Part shown: piece by piece, positions 47,983 to 57,523 of the stretch
Layout of the letters: every line of letters starts with the position of its first letter
How positions within the stretch are numbered: the stretch's first letter is position 1
Assembly: GCA_039714075.1 (NCBI GenBank)
Contig: JBDLKA010000003.1
Location: forward strand, 1 to 64,000
Length of the DNA stretch: 64,000 bases
Direction of reading: 5' to 3'
From: Candidatus Krumholzibacteriota bacterium
GTDB lineage: Bacteria; Krumholzibacteriota; Krumholzibacteriia; LZORAL124-64-63
Notes under the pieces: generated by a model
The model's database searches: none
Seen by the model: the letters and a program-made list of their open reading frames with translations, nothing else
What the model was told of the DNA's origin: nothing
Translations under genes and position numbers: made by a program

Positions 47983-49830
47983 ATGAAATCAGAACACCGA
48001 AGTCGTGCCTTGATCACCTTGGGGCTGTTTTTTGCTCTCACCTGGGCCTTGCCCCAACCGGCTTCAGCCGAAGTCCTGATCAAGGTCACGCCCGGAAGCA
48101 AGACCGCGGAAATCGGCCAGGATATGGTCCTGGGAATTGAAGTTGTTCCCCCGGCAGGCACGGCCCTTCTGGCCGAAGGCCTGGTGATCGAGGTTGCGCA
48201 GGAAGGTGGCTCCAATTTTTTCGGCACCCCCTACCCTCTGAAGACCCTGTCCGCAATTGATGAGCCAGCGAAGGCCTACCAGGGGACAGCCATTTTTGAA
48301 TGGGCCGCTCCGGTTGGGGCCGATGTCGAGCCCCTGTCCGCCGAGCTCATTGTCACGGTGCGCGCCACCACCACTTCCGGGACCGCCGAAACCGGCCGCT
48401 GGTCGGGAACCATGGAAGTGGGCTACGGGGAAGAGTGGTCCGCCGACCGGATCAGCGATTTCATCGCGCGCAAGGGCATCGGTTTTTTCCTGGTGCTGGT
48501 GTTCGGCTTCGGCCTTCTGATGAGCCTGTCCCCCTGCATCTACCCCATGATCCCCATCACCCTGGCGGTCATCGGGGCCCAGAGTCAGGAAAAGGGGGCC
48601 ATGCACGGCCTGATCATGTCCGTCACCTATGTGGTGGGCATGGCTTTCGTCTACGCCATCATGGGCGCCCTGAGCGCGACGGTTTTCAGCGGGATCACCG
48701 CCTTCATGCAAAGTCCCGTGGTGCTGGTGCCCATCGCCGTCCTGCTGCTGGTACTTTCCTTCAGCATGTTCGGCGCTTTTGAACTGCAGGCGCCCGCTTT
48801 TCTGCGGGACCGCCTACAGGGTCCCGGCGCGGGCAACCGGGGCGGACTGATCGGCGTTTTCGCCATGGGTCTGGTGGCCGGGCTGGTGGCCTCGCCCTGC
48901 GTGGGGCCCTTTCTGGCCGCTCTTCTGGTATGGGTCGCAACCACGGGCGACTGGATCCTGGGATTCCTCTCCCTGTTCACTTTCGGCATGGGCATGGGTC
49001 TGCTGCTGATCGGAGTGGGAACCTTCCCCGCGCTGCTGGGCAGCATGCCCCAAAGCGGCGGCTGGATGGACACCGTCAAGAGGGGAATGGGCCTGCTGCT
49101 GGTGGCCATGGCCTTCTATTTCGTGCGGCCCGGCAGCGTGCTCCCGGCCCACATCTTCTATCCCCTGGTCGGAGTCACCACCATCCTGACCGCGGTGTTC
49201 ATGGGGGCCTTCGATTCCCTGGCGCCGGAAGCCGGCTGGTGGCCCCGCACCCTCAAGGGTTTGGGCCTGGTGACCTTCGTGGCCGGGTTGTTTTTCCTGG
49301 GGGGATCATTCCTGCAGCACGGATTCCTGATGCCTTCCCCCCTGGCGGAAAATTTCGCACAACCCGTCAAGGAAGGGAAAGGCCCCGCGGCGACCACGGT
49401 GGTTTCCACCGGGAATGACGGCCCGGGCGAAACCGAGGCCGCCCCCCTGCCCGAAAAGGTCCAGTGGACCAAAATCCACACTGGCGAAAAAGTGGAATCC
49501 TTCATCGAGGCCAAAAGAGCGGAGGCCAAAGCCGCCGGTCGCCCGGTGATGATCGATTTCTGGGCCAAGTGGTGCGTCTATTGCAAGAAGCTCGACAAGC
49601 TGGTCTGGAATGTTCCCGAAGTGGTGGCCGAAGCCCAGCGGTTCGTGGCCATCAAGGTCGACGCCACGACGGCCGACGACGAGGAAATGACGAAGATCAA
49701 AGAGGAGTTCAAGGTGTCCGGCCTGCCCCGCGTCATTTTCATCGACAGCCGGGGCGAGGTTCTCCATGGGCGGTCCGCGGGCTGGAAACCGGCGGACGAG
49801 ATGCTGGCGGTCATGAAAAGTATCCGCTGA
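47983..49830 (+). CDS. DsbD-like transmembrane electron transporter with C-terminal thioredoxin domain
   Basis: Signal peptide, SPCIYPMIP and ASPCVGP TM cysteines, GGWM, DFWAKWCVYC. Confidence 0.9.
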   Translation: MKSEHRSRALITLGLFFALTWALPQPASAEVLIKVTPGSKTAEIGQDMVLGIEVVPPAGTALLAEGLVIEVAQEGGSNFFGTPYPLKTLSAIDEPAKAYQGTAIFEWAAPVGADVEPLSAELIVTVRATTTSGTAETGRWSGTMEVGYGEEWSADRISDFIARKGIGFFLVLVFGFGLLMSLSPCIYPMIPITLAVIGAQSQEKGAMHGLIMSVTYVVGMAFVYAIMGALSATVFSGITAFMQSPVVLVPIAVLLLVLSFSMFGAFELQAPAFLRDRLQGPGAGNRGGLIGVFAMGLVAGLVASPCVGPFLAALLVWVATTGDWILGFLSLFTFGMGMGLLLIGVGTFPALLGSMPQSGGWMDTVKRGMGLLLVAMAFYFVRPGSVLPAHIFYPLVGVTTILTAVFMGAFDSLAPEAGWWPRTLKGLGLVTFVAGLFFLGGSFLQHGFLMPSPLAENFAQPVKEGKGPAATTVVSTGNDGPGETEAAPLPEKVQWTKIHTGEKVESFIEAKRAEAKAAGRPVMIDFWAKWCVYCKKLDKLVWNVPEVVAEAQRFVAIKVDATTADDEEMTKIKEEFKVSGLPRVIFIDSRGEVLHGRSAGWKPADEMLAVMKSIR

Positions 49831-49836
49831 CCCCGG

Positions 49837-50676
49837 CTACTGGAACCGTACTTCGGATCGATAGTCCCCGTCGAAAACCTTCAGGGGGCCGTTGCCCGGG
49901 TTTTCGGTCAGGATCTCGGGCATCCCGTCCCCGTCGATGTCCAGCAATTCTATCTTGCCGAAAAACGGCTCGTCTTCCCACTCGATATCCCCGGAGACCG
50001 AATCGACCACCTGGCCGGAGTTCAGGACGATTTCCACCCGGCGGTCGCCGTCGATATCCCCGCACCGCACCTGGGTGGCCGAGTATTCGTTGATGCTGGT
50101 GAAGTCCTTGGTGAAATTGGCGCCGTCGACGTAGACGATGCGGTTGTCCGCCACCATGACGATTTCATTGGCTGCATCATCGTCCATGTTGGCGGTGGTG
50201 AAACAGGAGACGGTCTCGTATTCCCCCGGCAGCGATTCCCACAGCAGGACATACCCGTCCATGGCCCAGGCATACACCTTCCCGTTGCTGGTCCGGCAGA
50301 GAATGCCGTCCTCCAGGCCGTCACCATCCAGATCCGCTGTAATGACTTCGTCGGGAATGCCGCTGAGCTGGATGCTCTTCCAGACCCTGCTGACACCCTG
50401 GCCGTCCATCTTGGCCACCTGGACGGTGCCGAACCTCTCGCCGATGGCGAAGAACATTCCCTCTTCACCGTGGATGGGTTCGAACTTGGCGACATGGTTC
50501 ACCCGGTCGGCCGCCCAGGACAAGGTGCGGTACTGGGAGTAGGACAATTCCCCCGCGGCACGGGCCATCCCGGGTCCGGATCCCAGCAGGGCGAGGAAGG
50601 CAAACAGGACCGTCAGGAAAACCATACGGGCGGCAGGCACACGCCACGCCGGTAAAACGCCACGAAAGATCAGCAT
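49837..50676 (-). CDS. Exported FG-GAP/VCBS-repeat protein
   Basis: Signal peptide; repeats ADLDGDG, NMDDDAANEI, GDIDGDRRVEI, DIDGDGMPEI. Confidence 0.8.
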   Translation of the reverse strand: MLIFRGVLPAWRVPAARMVFLTVLFAFLALLGSGPGMARAAGELSYSQYRTLSWAADRVNHVAKFEPIHGEEGMFFAIGERFGTVQVAKMDGQGVSRVWKSIQLSGIPDEVITADLDGDGLEDGILCRTSNGKVYAWAMDGYVLLWESLPGEYETVSCFTTANMDDDAANEIVMVADNRIVYVDGANFTKDFTSINEYSATQVRCGDIDGDRRVEIVLNSGQVVDSVSGDIEWEDEPFFGKIELLDIDGDGMPEILTENPGNGPLKVFDGDYRSEVRFQ

Positions 50677-51061
50677 GAAACACCTCAGTGCGGAAAGCCG
50701 TGCGGGGTCCGGCAGACCCGGGGCGGCACGGCGGGTTCATCAGGGGGTGACCCGATCAATATAACCCACTCGGGCAGTCCGGTCATGTATTTCAGTGTTG
50801 TCGAATCGATTCGGACTACGGCCAGGCGAGTCGTCGGCCCGGGGCCGGCTGGTGTCACTGAAACCCGAACCCAGACCCTGGAACAGGTTGACCTCGGTGC
50901 GGCCGGTGCCAGACAAAGTTCTTTGTTGACCAGTCAACTTGCTGCCATTAAATAATATATAAATACTGGTGACCACCCCCGGTGCAACGGGGAAGGGAAT
51001 TCGCATGGAGGGCTGAAATGATGGCTGAAAAGCGCGCACCCGGCACCGAAGCGGACCAGAC

Positions 51062-51712
51062 GTGAAAAACCCCATTCCCGACCCCGACCTGGGCGATCCC
51101 CCCGACAGCTATCTGACCCTGGCTGAAGCCGCGGAAGTAGAGCTGAAAGTTCAACGGTCCCGCTTCGTGGCCCTGGCCGTTCCGGTCACTTCGGCGGCGG
51201 AAGCCCGCGTCCGTCTGGAGGAAACCGCCCGGCGTTACCATGACGCCCGTCATGTCTGTTACGGATACCGGCTGGGTGTGGGCCGGGACATGGCCACCCG
51301 CAAAAGTGACGACGGTGAACCTTCCGGCACGGCGGGCGAACCGATTCTGGCGGCCATCGGCAAGTTGGATCTGACGGACGTCCTGGTGATGGTGGTCCGA
51401 TATTTCGGAGGGATCAAGCTGGGCACAGGTGGTCTGGCCCGGGCCTACGGCCGGGCGGCCGCCGAGGCGCTCAGCCGCGGCACCATTCGTGAAGTCCCGC
51501 TGGGCCGGGAGTTTGTCCTGGATTTTTCCTACGCCCAGGAAAAGACCGTCCGCCGCCTCCTGGAAAGCTGGCGGGGCCGTCCCGTCGCTCAGGATTACGG
51601 GGAGAACGTCCGCTGGCGCATCTGGCTGCCCCACTCCGCCTGGCGGGGTTTTGCCGGATCCCTTACCGAACAAACCGCCGGTGCGGTTGTCCTGGAAGAA
51701 GCGGACTGCTGA
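51062..51712 (+). CDS. YigZ/IMPACT family protein
   Basis: SRFVA, DARHVCYGY, SDDGEPSGTAG, VVRYFGGIKLGTGGLARAY. Confidence 0.95.
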   Translation: MKNPIPDPDLGDPPDSYLTLAEAAEVELKVQRSRFVALAVPVTSAAEARVRLEETARRYHDARHVCYGYRLGVGRDMATRKSDDGEPSGTAGEPILAAIGKLDLTDVLVMVVRYFGGIKLGTGGLARAYGRAAAEALSRGTIREVPLGREFVLDFSYAQEKTVRRLLESWRGRPVAQDYGENVRWRIWLPHSAWRGFAGSLTEQTAGAVVLEEADC

Positions 51713-51721
51713 TTTCCCAAC

Positions 51722-51755
51722 AAAAAAAGGGCCCCGGTGCCACCGGAGCCCTTTC
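51722..51755. terminator. Terminator between convergent yigZ and sigma genes
   Basis: A7 followed by stem AAAGGGCCCCGGTG / CACCGGAGCCCTTT. Confidence 0.7.
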
Positions 51756-51813
51756 CCATTCGCCCGCATCCATTTATTTGGGCCGGTGACGGTATGCCGG
51801 CCTTGCCGTTTCG

Positions 51814-52854
51814 CTAGACGGTCGTCTCCTCGGCGTAATCCTGCATGTACCGGAAGGCCTTGCTCTGACGGATCTTCTCGAAGGCCTCTTCCTTGATCTG
51901 CCGGATCCGCTCGCGGGTCAGGCCCATGATCTGCCCGATTTCCTCGAGGGTCATTTCCTGGTCGCTGCCCAGGCCGTAATACAACCGCAGGACCTTGGCC
52001 TCGCGCTCTTTAAGATCACCCAGCATGCGGCCGATGCTCGAGTTCAGGTCATCGTCCAGAACCTTGTTGTCCGGACCGACGCTGGTGGTGTCCTCGAGGA
52101 AGTCCAGGTAGGTGCTGTCCTCGTCGTTACCCACGAAGTCATCCAGGAAGAAATTGTCCTGCATCAGGGGAAGGGTGTCCTTCACCTCGTCGATGGACAG
52201 GCCCAGAACCTTGGCGATTTCCTCGGGCTCGGGCTTGCGGCGCAGCTTCTGCTGCAGTTCGCCGCTGGCCTTCTTGATCTGGTTCAGCACGCGGGCCCGG
52301 TTCAAGGGCATGCGCACGATCTTGCTGTGGTTGGCCAGCGCGGCCAGGATCGACTGGCGGATCCACCACACGGCGTAGCTGATGAACTTGAAGCCGCGCG
52401 TCTCGTCAAACCGCTGGGCGGCCTTCAGGAGCCCCAGGTTGCCCTCGTTGATCAGATCTTCCAGGGGTACACCGTAGTGGGCGTATTCCTTGGCGATCGA
52501 GACCACGAACCGCAGGTTGGCCTTGACCAGCTTGTGCAGGCTTTCGCTGTCGTTGGAATGGATACCGCGGGCCAGTTCGCACTCCTCGGCCCTGGTCAGC
52601 AGCGAGTAGGCCTTCACTTCCTGGAAATAGAGATCCAGGGTGCTCATCAACTGGGCGGCCGGAGCCACTTGGTCGGAGCTGACCTTGGCCGCTTTGGTTT
52701 TGGCGGCTTTGGTTTTGGCGGCCTTGGTTTTGGCGGCCTTGGTTTTTGTGGCCTTACCTTTGGCCGCTACCTTGGTCTTGGCGGCAACCTTGGTCCTGGC
52801 GGCTTTATTGGTCCGGGCGGTGGTCTTCTTTTTTTCGGTCTTGCTAACAGCCAT
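51814..52854 (-). CDS. RpoD/SigA-family sigma factor with Lys/Ala-rich N-terminal tail
   Basis: LDLYFQEV (region 1.2), ANLRFVVSIAK, DLINEGNLGL, FKFISYAVWWIRQ, TLEEIG...TRERIRQI. Confidence 0.95.
   Translation of the reverse strand: MAVSKTEKKKTTARTNKAARTKVAAKTKVAAKGKATKTKAAKTKAAKTKAAKTKAAKVSSDQVAPAAQLMSTLDLYFQEVKAYSLLTRAEECELARGIHSNDSESLHKLVKANLRFVVSIAKEYAHYGVPLEDLINEGNLGLLKAAQRFDETRGFKFISYAVWWIRQSILAALANHSKIVRMPLNRARVLNQIKKASGELQQKLRRKPEPEEIAKVLGLSIDEVKDTLPLMQDNFFLDDFVGNDEDSTYLDFLEDTTSVGPDNKVLDDDLNSSIGRMLGDLKEREAKVLRLYYGLGSDQEMTLEEIGQIMGLTRERIRQIKEEAFEKIRQSKAFRYMQDYAEETTV
52685..52744 (-). repeat. Coding 15-bp repeat, about 4 copies (KTKAA) in the sigma factor N-terminus
   Basis: Tandem ttggcggcyttggtt units. 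Confidence 0.85.
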
Positions 52855-53257
52855 TTCAATTTCCTCTCCGGGTAATCCTGCATTTTTTTCCGGACGCGTT
52901 ATCCCCCGGGTCATGCTTTGTTGTCGTTTGGGGGCAAACCCGTACCCAACCAATAACAATATCTGTACCATAATTTCGAAAAATCTAAACTTCTCGACGA
53001 ATCTCTATTGTATTACACTCCAATGCTTTACAAGATGACGAAATCTGTTTTTTCGCTAACGGGGTCCAAAATTCCCTTCTTTCTTGACAATTTGTCAAGA
53101 CCGTCCCTGCCGGGGACGTCACTTTGTCAAATTTTTTTTGGAAATAATTGATATCCGGTCCGCCTCAATAGGCAGTTGGGCAGAAGCTCCTTCATGGGAT
53201 ATGATGATGATTCGTCAGGCCACCCGTCAAACCCGAACATCCCCACGGGAGCGATCC

Positions 53258-55450
53258 ATGCCGGCAAATCAAGGCCCCACCGTGACGGACTCCCAATCCG
53301 CGCCGAGGCCGTCATCCATCTGGTGGGGGGCACCCGCCCTGTTGATTCCCCTTCTAACGGGCGTTCTCCTGTCCTGGCACAGCCTCGGGGACTACGATAT
53401 CTGGTTCCACCTGCGGGCCGGACGCGATCTTCTGGAAGGTCAGGGAGTGATCGCCACCAATCTGCACTCCTTCACCGAACCGGACCACCCCTGGGTCAAT
53501 CATGAATGGATGTTCCAGGCTCTGACCGCCCTGACCGGCCCACGATCCCCGGATTCAGCCTCCAGCGCGGCGCAGCCGGATGTGCTGGGCTGGCACCTGA
53601 CAAGGTCCCTGCTGACACTCCTGCTGTTGTTGACCCTTATCGGGGGTGACGGCGGCTGGGCGAAGTTCCGCGGCCGGGCGGGGCCCGTCGTGGCGGCCTG
53701 GTCGGGAGTGCCGATCCTGGCCGCCCTGATGCTGATCTGGCCCCGATTGACAATCCGTCCGGAATTGTTCTCCTACCTGTTTTTCGTGGTCCTGGTCAGG
53801 GGCACCGAGAGGGTTTTTCGCGGATCCCAAACCCCATCCGGAAGTGGGTGGCCACCGGTGGTCCGCATTTTTCTGCTTACGGTGGTCTGGGCGCAATTCC
53901 ACGGGTTCGCCGCCCTGGTTCCCGCCGTCCTGCTGCTGGCCTGGATCCTGACCCCCATCCAATCACGCGTGGAACATCACAGAACCTTCCCTGATACCCA
54001 AGGACCACCTCGCTGGCGTGGAGCCGCCTTGATCGGGTTGAGTCTGGTGGCCCTGACCCTGACGCCCAATGGCTGGAACGGCCTGTTGATGCCCCTGCGG
54101 GCCCTGGGGCAGTTCTCCCAGGATCAGGTGGATCTGCGCGCCACGATCTCGGAGCTGGTTCCCCTGCAGGATTCCCCCAATTCGTTGGCCTTGACCATCA
54201 CCGCCTATCGCGTCTGCCTGGTCTGGGGATTGATTTGGATCATCGGCACCTGGGGGCGGGTCAGCCTGCTGCGGATCATCATCTTTGCCCTGGCCGGATG
54301 GGCCGCCTGGAACACGCAGCGCAGCAGCGGTTTTTTCGGCCTGGCCTTCATCCTGCTTCATTCGGGAGCAGGCACCCGCCCCTGGCGCTTTTCCCTGCCG
54401 GGGCGAGTGACGACCCGGCGACCCACGGCAACCGCCGTTGTGGGGCTGGCCCTCACTTTCCTGGTTGCCGGCATTTTCTGGCCCCGGATCGTCAATGACG
54501 ACTTTTATCTGCAGGAAGGCGTGGGACGCCGCTTCGGTGCGGGGTTGGCGCCGGCACACTACCAGATCGGAGCCGCCACGGCCCTGGCCTCTCACCGGAA
54601 CCCGCGGGTTTTCGCCAACCTGGACGCGGCCGGGTTTCTTTTGGCAAACACCTCCGCGCGACCGTTCATCGACGGGCGGACCGAAGCCTATTCCGCCGAC
54701 CTCTGGAACGAATACCATCGCATCAGGAAAGCCGATGACCAGTCACTGCAATTGCTGGCCCAACGCTCGGTGGAATGGGTCTGCCTGGCAACAGGTGGCG
54801 GCGCCTTCATACCGTTGGCCGAAAAGCTGCTGGTCTCTCCCGCCTGGAAGCTGGCGGTGGCGGAGGGAGCCGGGCTTTTGTTCCGCCGTACTGATGAGGC
54901 CGGCGATCCCCCGGTGACATCGGCCCGGGACCAGAGCGGTTTGCTGGTCCGGGCCGCCCGGGATATTCGTTCCCCCGACGAAAAGGAATCCCCCACCCGC
55001 AAGGCCGACCTGTGCCTGGCCGCGGGCCGCCTCTACAAATTCGCCGCGGATCCCGGACCGCGGGAGGAAGTCTATCGGCTGGGGCTGGAATTCAAAGGCA
55101 ACCACCCGAACCTGAATCACAATCTGGGCAACCTGCTGCTGAACCGGAATGGGTTCAAGGAGGCCCTCCCCCTGTTCACGACCGCCCTGGAAGTGAACCC
55201 GCGGCTGGTCGGCTCCGCCCTCAACGCCGGAGTCTGCCAGATGCGGCTGGGGCGTCCTGCGGACGCCGTGGACTCATTCCGCCGGGCGGTTTCCCTGGAC
55301 CCGGACCGGTTCGAGGGCTGGGTCAATCTTGCCGCCGCCTACCAGGGATCCGGAAATCGGCAGGGAGCGGTCTCGGCCTTGAAACGGGCCCTGGAAATCA
55401 GGCCGCGTGATTCACGGCTGCAGAAGCGATTGCGGGAATTGGGCGGGTGA
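53258..55450 (+). CDS. Multi-TM protein (GT-C-like glycosyltransferase candidate) with C-terminal TPRs
   Basis: DYDIWFHLRAGR, WVNHEWMFQ, RPELFS, WAQFHG, FIDGRTE; TPR tail. Confidence 0.7.
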   Translation: MPANQGPTVTDSQSAPRPSSIWWGAPALLIPLLTGVLLSWHSLGDYDIWFHLRAGRDLLEGQGVIATNLHSFTEPDHPWVNHEWMFQALTALTGPRSPDSASSAAQPDVLGWHLTRSLLTLLLLLTLIGGDGGWAKFRGRAGPVVAAWSGVPILAALMLIWPRLTIRPELFSYLFFVVLVRGTERVFRGSQTPSGSGWPPVVRIFLLTVVWAQFHGFAALVPAVLLLAWILTPIQSRVEHHRTFPDTQGPPRWRGAALIGLSLVALTLTPNGWNGLLMPLRALGQFSQDQVDLRATISELVPLQDSPNSLALTITAYRVCLVWGLIWIIGTWGRVSLLRIIIFALAGWAAWNTQRSSGFFGLAFILLHSGAGTRPWRFSLPGRVTTRRPTATAVVGLALTFLVAGIFWPRIVNDDFYLQEGVGRRFGAGLAPAHYQIGAATALASHRNPRVFANLDAAGFLLANTSARPFIDGRTEAYSADLWNEYHRIRKADDQSLQLLAQRSVEWVCLATGGGAFIPLAEKLLVSPAWKLAVAEGAGLLFRRTDEAGDPPVTSARDQSGLLVRAARDIRSPDEKESPTRKADLCLAAGRLYKFAADPGPREEVYRLGLEFKGNHPNLNHNLGNLLLNRNGFKEALPLFTTALEVNPRLVGSALNAGVCQMRLGRPADAVDSFRRAVSLDPDRFEGWVNLAAAYQGSGNRQGAVSALKRALEIRPRDSRLQKRLRELGG

Positions 55451-55506
55451 CATGAGGCAATGGAACCACCGGGCCCGGCCATGGACCGGACCCGGTCTCA
55501 AATCAT

Positions 55507-56928
55507 TTAGAACTTAACCTGGACCGTATATTTAAGGACCGTTTCCCCGTCGGCGGGCACCGGCACGTCAAACGCCAGTTCCTGCGCGCTCACCTTCCGG
55601 TGGGGATGGGATTCCTCGACAACTTCCCAGAACCCTCCCACCGGCTCGCTAACTTCTACAACCACTGCGTCTTGGCGATGATTCCTGATAGTGACCTCGA
55701 ACGTGGTCCGGTAAAGATTGTCGGCCAGCTTCTGACTGTCGGTCCGGACTCTTTCGGCCACGATGTCGAAAGCGTTGCCCACCGTCAAATCGATGGTCTC
55801 CTTGGTGGGCGTGTGGTCGATGCGGTCTTCGCCTAGCAGTTGCCGCGCCCCGGAGGACGACAGGCCGTAAACCCGGAACACGCCCGCGGGCAACGCCATC
55901 CCCAGCTTGTTATCCTTCGTGTTCTCGAAGCTGTAGCTGACGCTGACCTTCGATTTTTCAGCCAGGCGCCCGATGCCCCTGAAATGATGGGGCCGGGCCC
56001 GCAGCCGGTAGTGTTTCGTAACCTTCAGACCCGACACGTCGAAAAGCGAAATCTGTTTGATCTGTTTGTCCAGCAGGTCCGTCGGCCGCTGCAGGGTGTA
56101 CATGTGATAGTCGTAGAGGGTCTCTTCCTGGAAGCGCGCGCCCGCAGGGGTCGCCAGCGCCTTATCCATCGACATCATGGTGTCCATGGCGGGCCGGACC
56201 TGATTGATGTCCCCGGCCACCAGCAGCAGGTTGGCCTCCCGGTAGGAGGCCCCGGTCCGGTTTTCAACGGTGACCCAGGCCTGCAGACCGGCCTTGGCAC
56301 CCTTTTCATCCAGCTGCAGCACATAATCCGCATGCCAGGAAAATCCGCCCGTCAGGTAGGATGTCTCGACCTCCGCCGCGCCCCCCTTCGCCGCCTCGGC
56401 CAACCAGACCAGCGTGGGCCGCGCCCGCAGGTTTTCCGGCAGGTCCGACAGGGCCAGGCGACCCGGCATCTCGAAGACGATCTCCTCGTCCACCCGGTAC
56501 ACGGGACCGTTACTCATTCCCAGGAGGGTTCCGGTCCGGCGCGAACCGTCCTCCTGTATCCAGGACAACTGCCGGCCAACGTACTTCTGCAGGATCTTGT
56601 CGGGGGACATGAGATCGAATTCGTAATTCTGTTCGTGCAGTACGAGGCCCGTCTTTCCGGACGACGAGACCAGCAGGGTCACCGGATTGATGCGGGACGG
56701 CACGTCCCTGAATTCAAAGGAAAATTCACCCCGGGGAAGATCCACCCGCCTGATTTCGCGCACCAGGGCCAGGTCCCGGTTGTAGACCGTCACGTCGATG
56801 CTCGAGCGGTCACCTTGCCCCGAAGCCACCAGAGGCAACTCCCCCGCGGCCACGAAACCCGCCCCGCCCGTAAGCAGGGCACAGGTCAACAAAAGGCATC
56901 CCAATAAGTTAAACGGCTTGGCCATCAT
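55507..56928 (-). CDS. DUF4139 domain exported protein
   Basis: VTVYNRDLALVRE, EQNYEFDL, SYLTGGFSWHADY, LVAGD, KQISL, ALPAG, GEDRIDHTP. Confidence 0.85.
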   Translation of the reverse strand: MMAKPFNLLGCLLLTCALLTGGAGFVAAGELPLVASGQGDRSSIDVTVYNRDLALVREIRRVDLPRGEFSFEFRDVPSRINPVTLLVSSSGKTGLVLHEQNYEFDLMSPDKILQKYVGRQLSWIQEDGSRRTGTLLGMSNGPVYRVDEEIVFEMPGRLALSDLPENLRARPTLVWLAEAAKGGAAEVETSYLTGGFSWHADYVLQLDEKGAKAGLQAWVTVENRTGASYREANLLLVAGDINQVRPAMDTMMSMDKALATPAGARFQEETLYDYHMYTLQRPTDLLDKQIKQISLFDVSGLKVTKHYRLRARPHHFRGIGRLAEKSKVSVSYSFENTKDNKLGMALPAGVFRVYGLSSSGARQLLGEDRIDHTPTKETIDLTVGNAFDIVAERVRTDSQKLADNLYRTTFEVTIRNHRQDAVVVEVSEPVGGFWEVVEESHPHRKVSAQELAFDVPVPADGETVLKYTVQVKF

Positions 56929-57009
56929 GGCGAAAACCTCCGGTTGGGGACGAAAAAGCTGCGGCACACCGACAATTTCCCTGAAATAGGCCGTTACGGC
57001 CATTCAATC

Positions 57010-57036
57010 TAAAGTCAAAGACGGTTCGGACGATCA
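57010..57036 (+). promoter_or_regulatory. sigma28-like promoter upstream of the cheY-like gene
   Basis: TAAAG-N14-GACGATCA. Confidence 0.45.
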
Positions 57037-57134
57037 TTCTGTTGACCCGGATGTTTCGGGTAAACAGAAAAAAATCACCAGGGTGCCGGAAATTTCAACC
57101 CGGCCACGACCTGTAATGTCACTTTTGGAGGTGC

Positions 57135-57515
57135 ATGTTGGGCCACACCATCCTCATCGCGGACGACGCCGAATTCATGCGGGACATGCTCCGCCAGATC
57201 ATCGAGGACATGGGTTGGACCGTGGCTGGTGAAGCCGGTGACGGGACGGAGGCCATCACCCAATACCGGAAAATAAAACCCGACCTGCTGCTACTGGACA
57301 TCACCATGCCCAACCTGGACGGCACCCAGGCCCTGAAGACCATTCTGGCGGACGACCCCCACGCCCAGATTGTCATGATCACGGCCCTCGGTCAGAAGGA
57401 CCAGGTTCTCGACGCCATCAAGGCCGGCGCCAGGGATTTCATCATCAAGCCCTTCGATCATGACCGGGTCGCCGACACCCTCCACCGGATCCTCGCCCCC
57501 AGTCCGGTTGCCTGA
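57135..57515 (+). CDS. Single-domain response regulator, CheY-like
   Basis: IADDAEFMR, LLDITMP, MITALGQ, GARDFIIKPF. Confidence 0.92.
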   Translation: MLGHTILIADDAEFMRDMLRQIIEDMGWTVAGEAGDGTEAITQYRKIKPDLLLLDITMPNLDGTQALKTILADDPHAQIVMITALGQKDQVLDAIKAGARDFIIKPFDHDRVADTLHRILAPSPVA

Positions 57516-57523
57516 CGCCCTCT

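Noticed and set aside
53084..53098. TTGAC-N5-GTCAA palindrome as an FNR/CRP site
   Set aside because: The spacing differs from the N4 consensus and it may simply be overlapping -35 boxes of divergent promoters.
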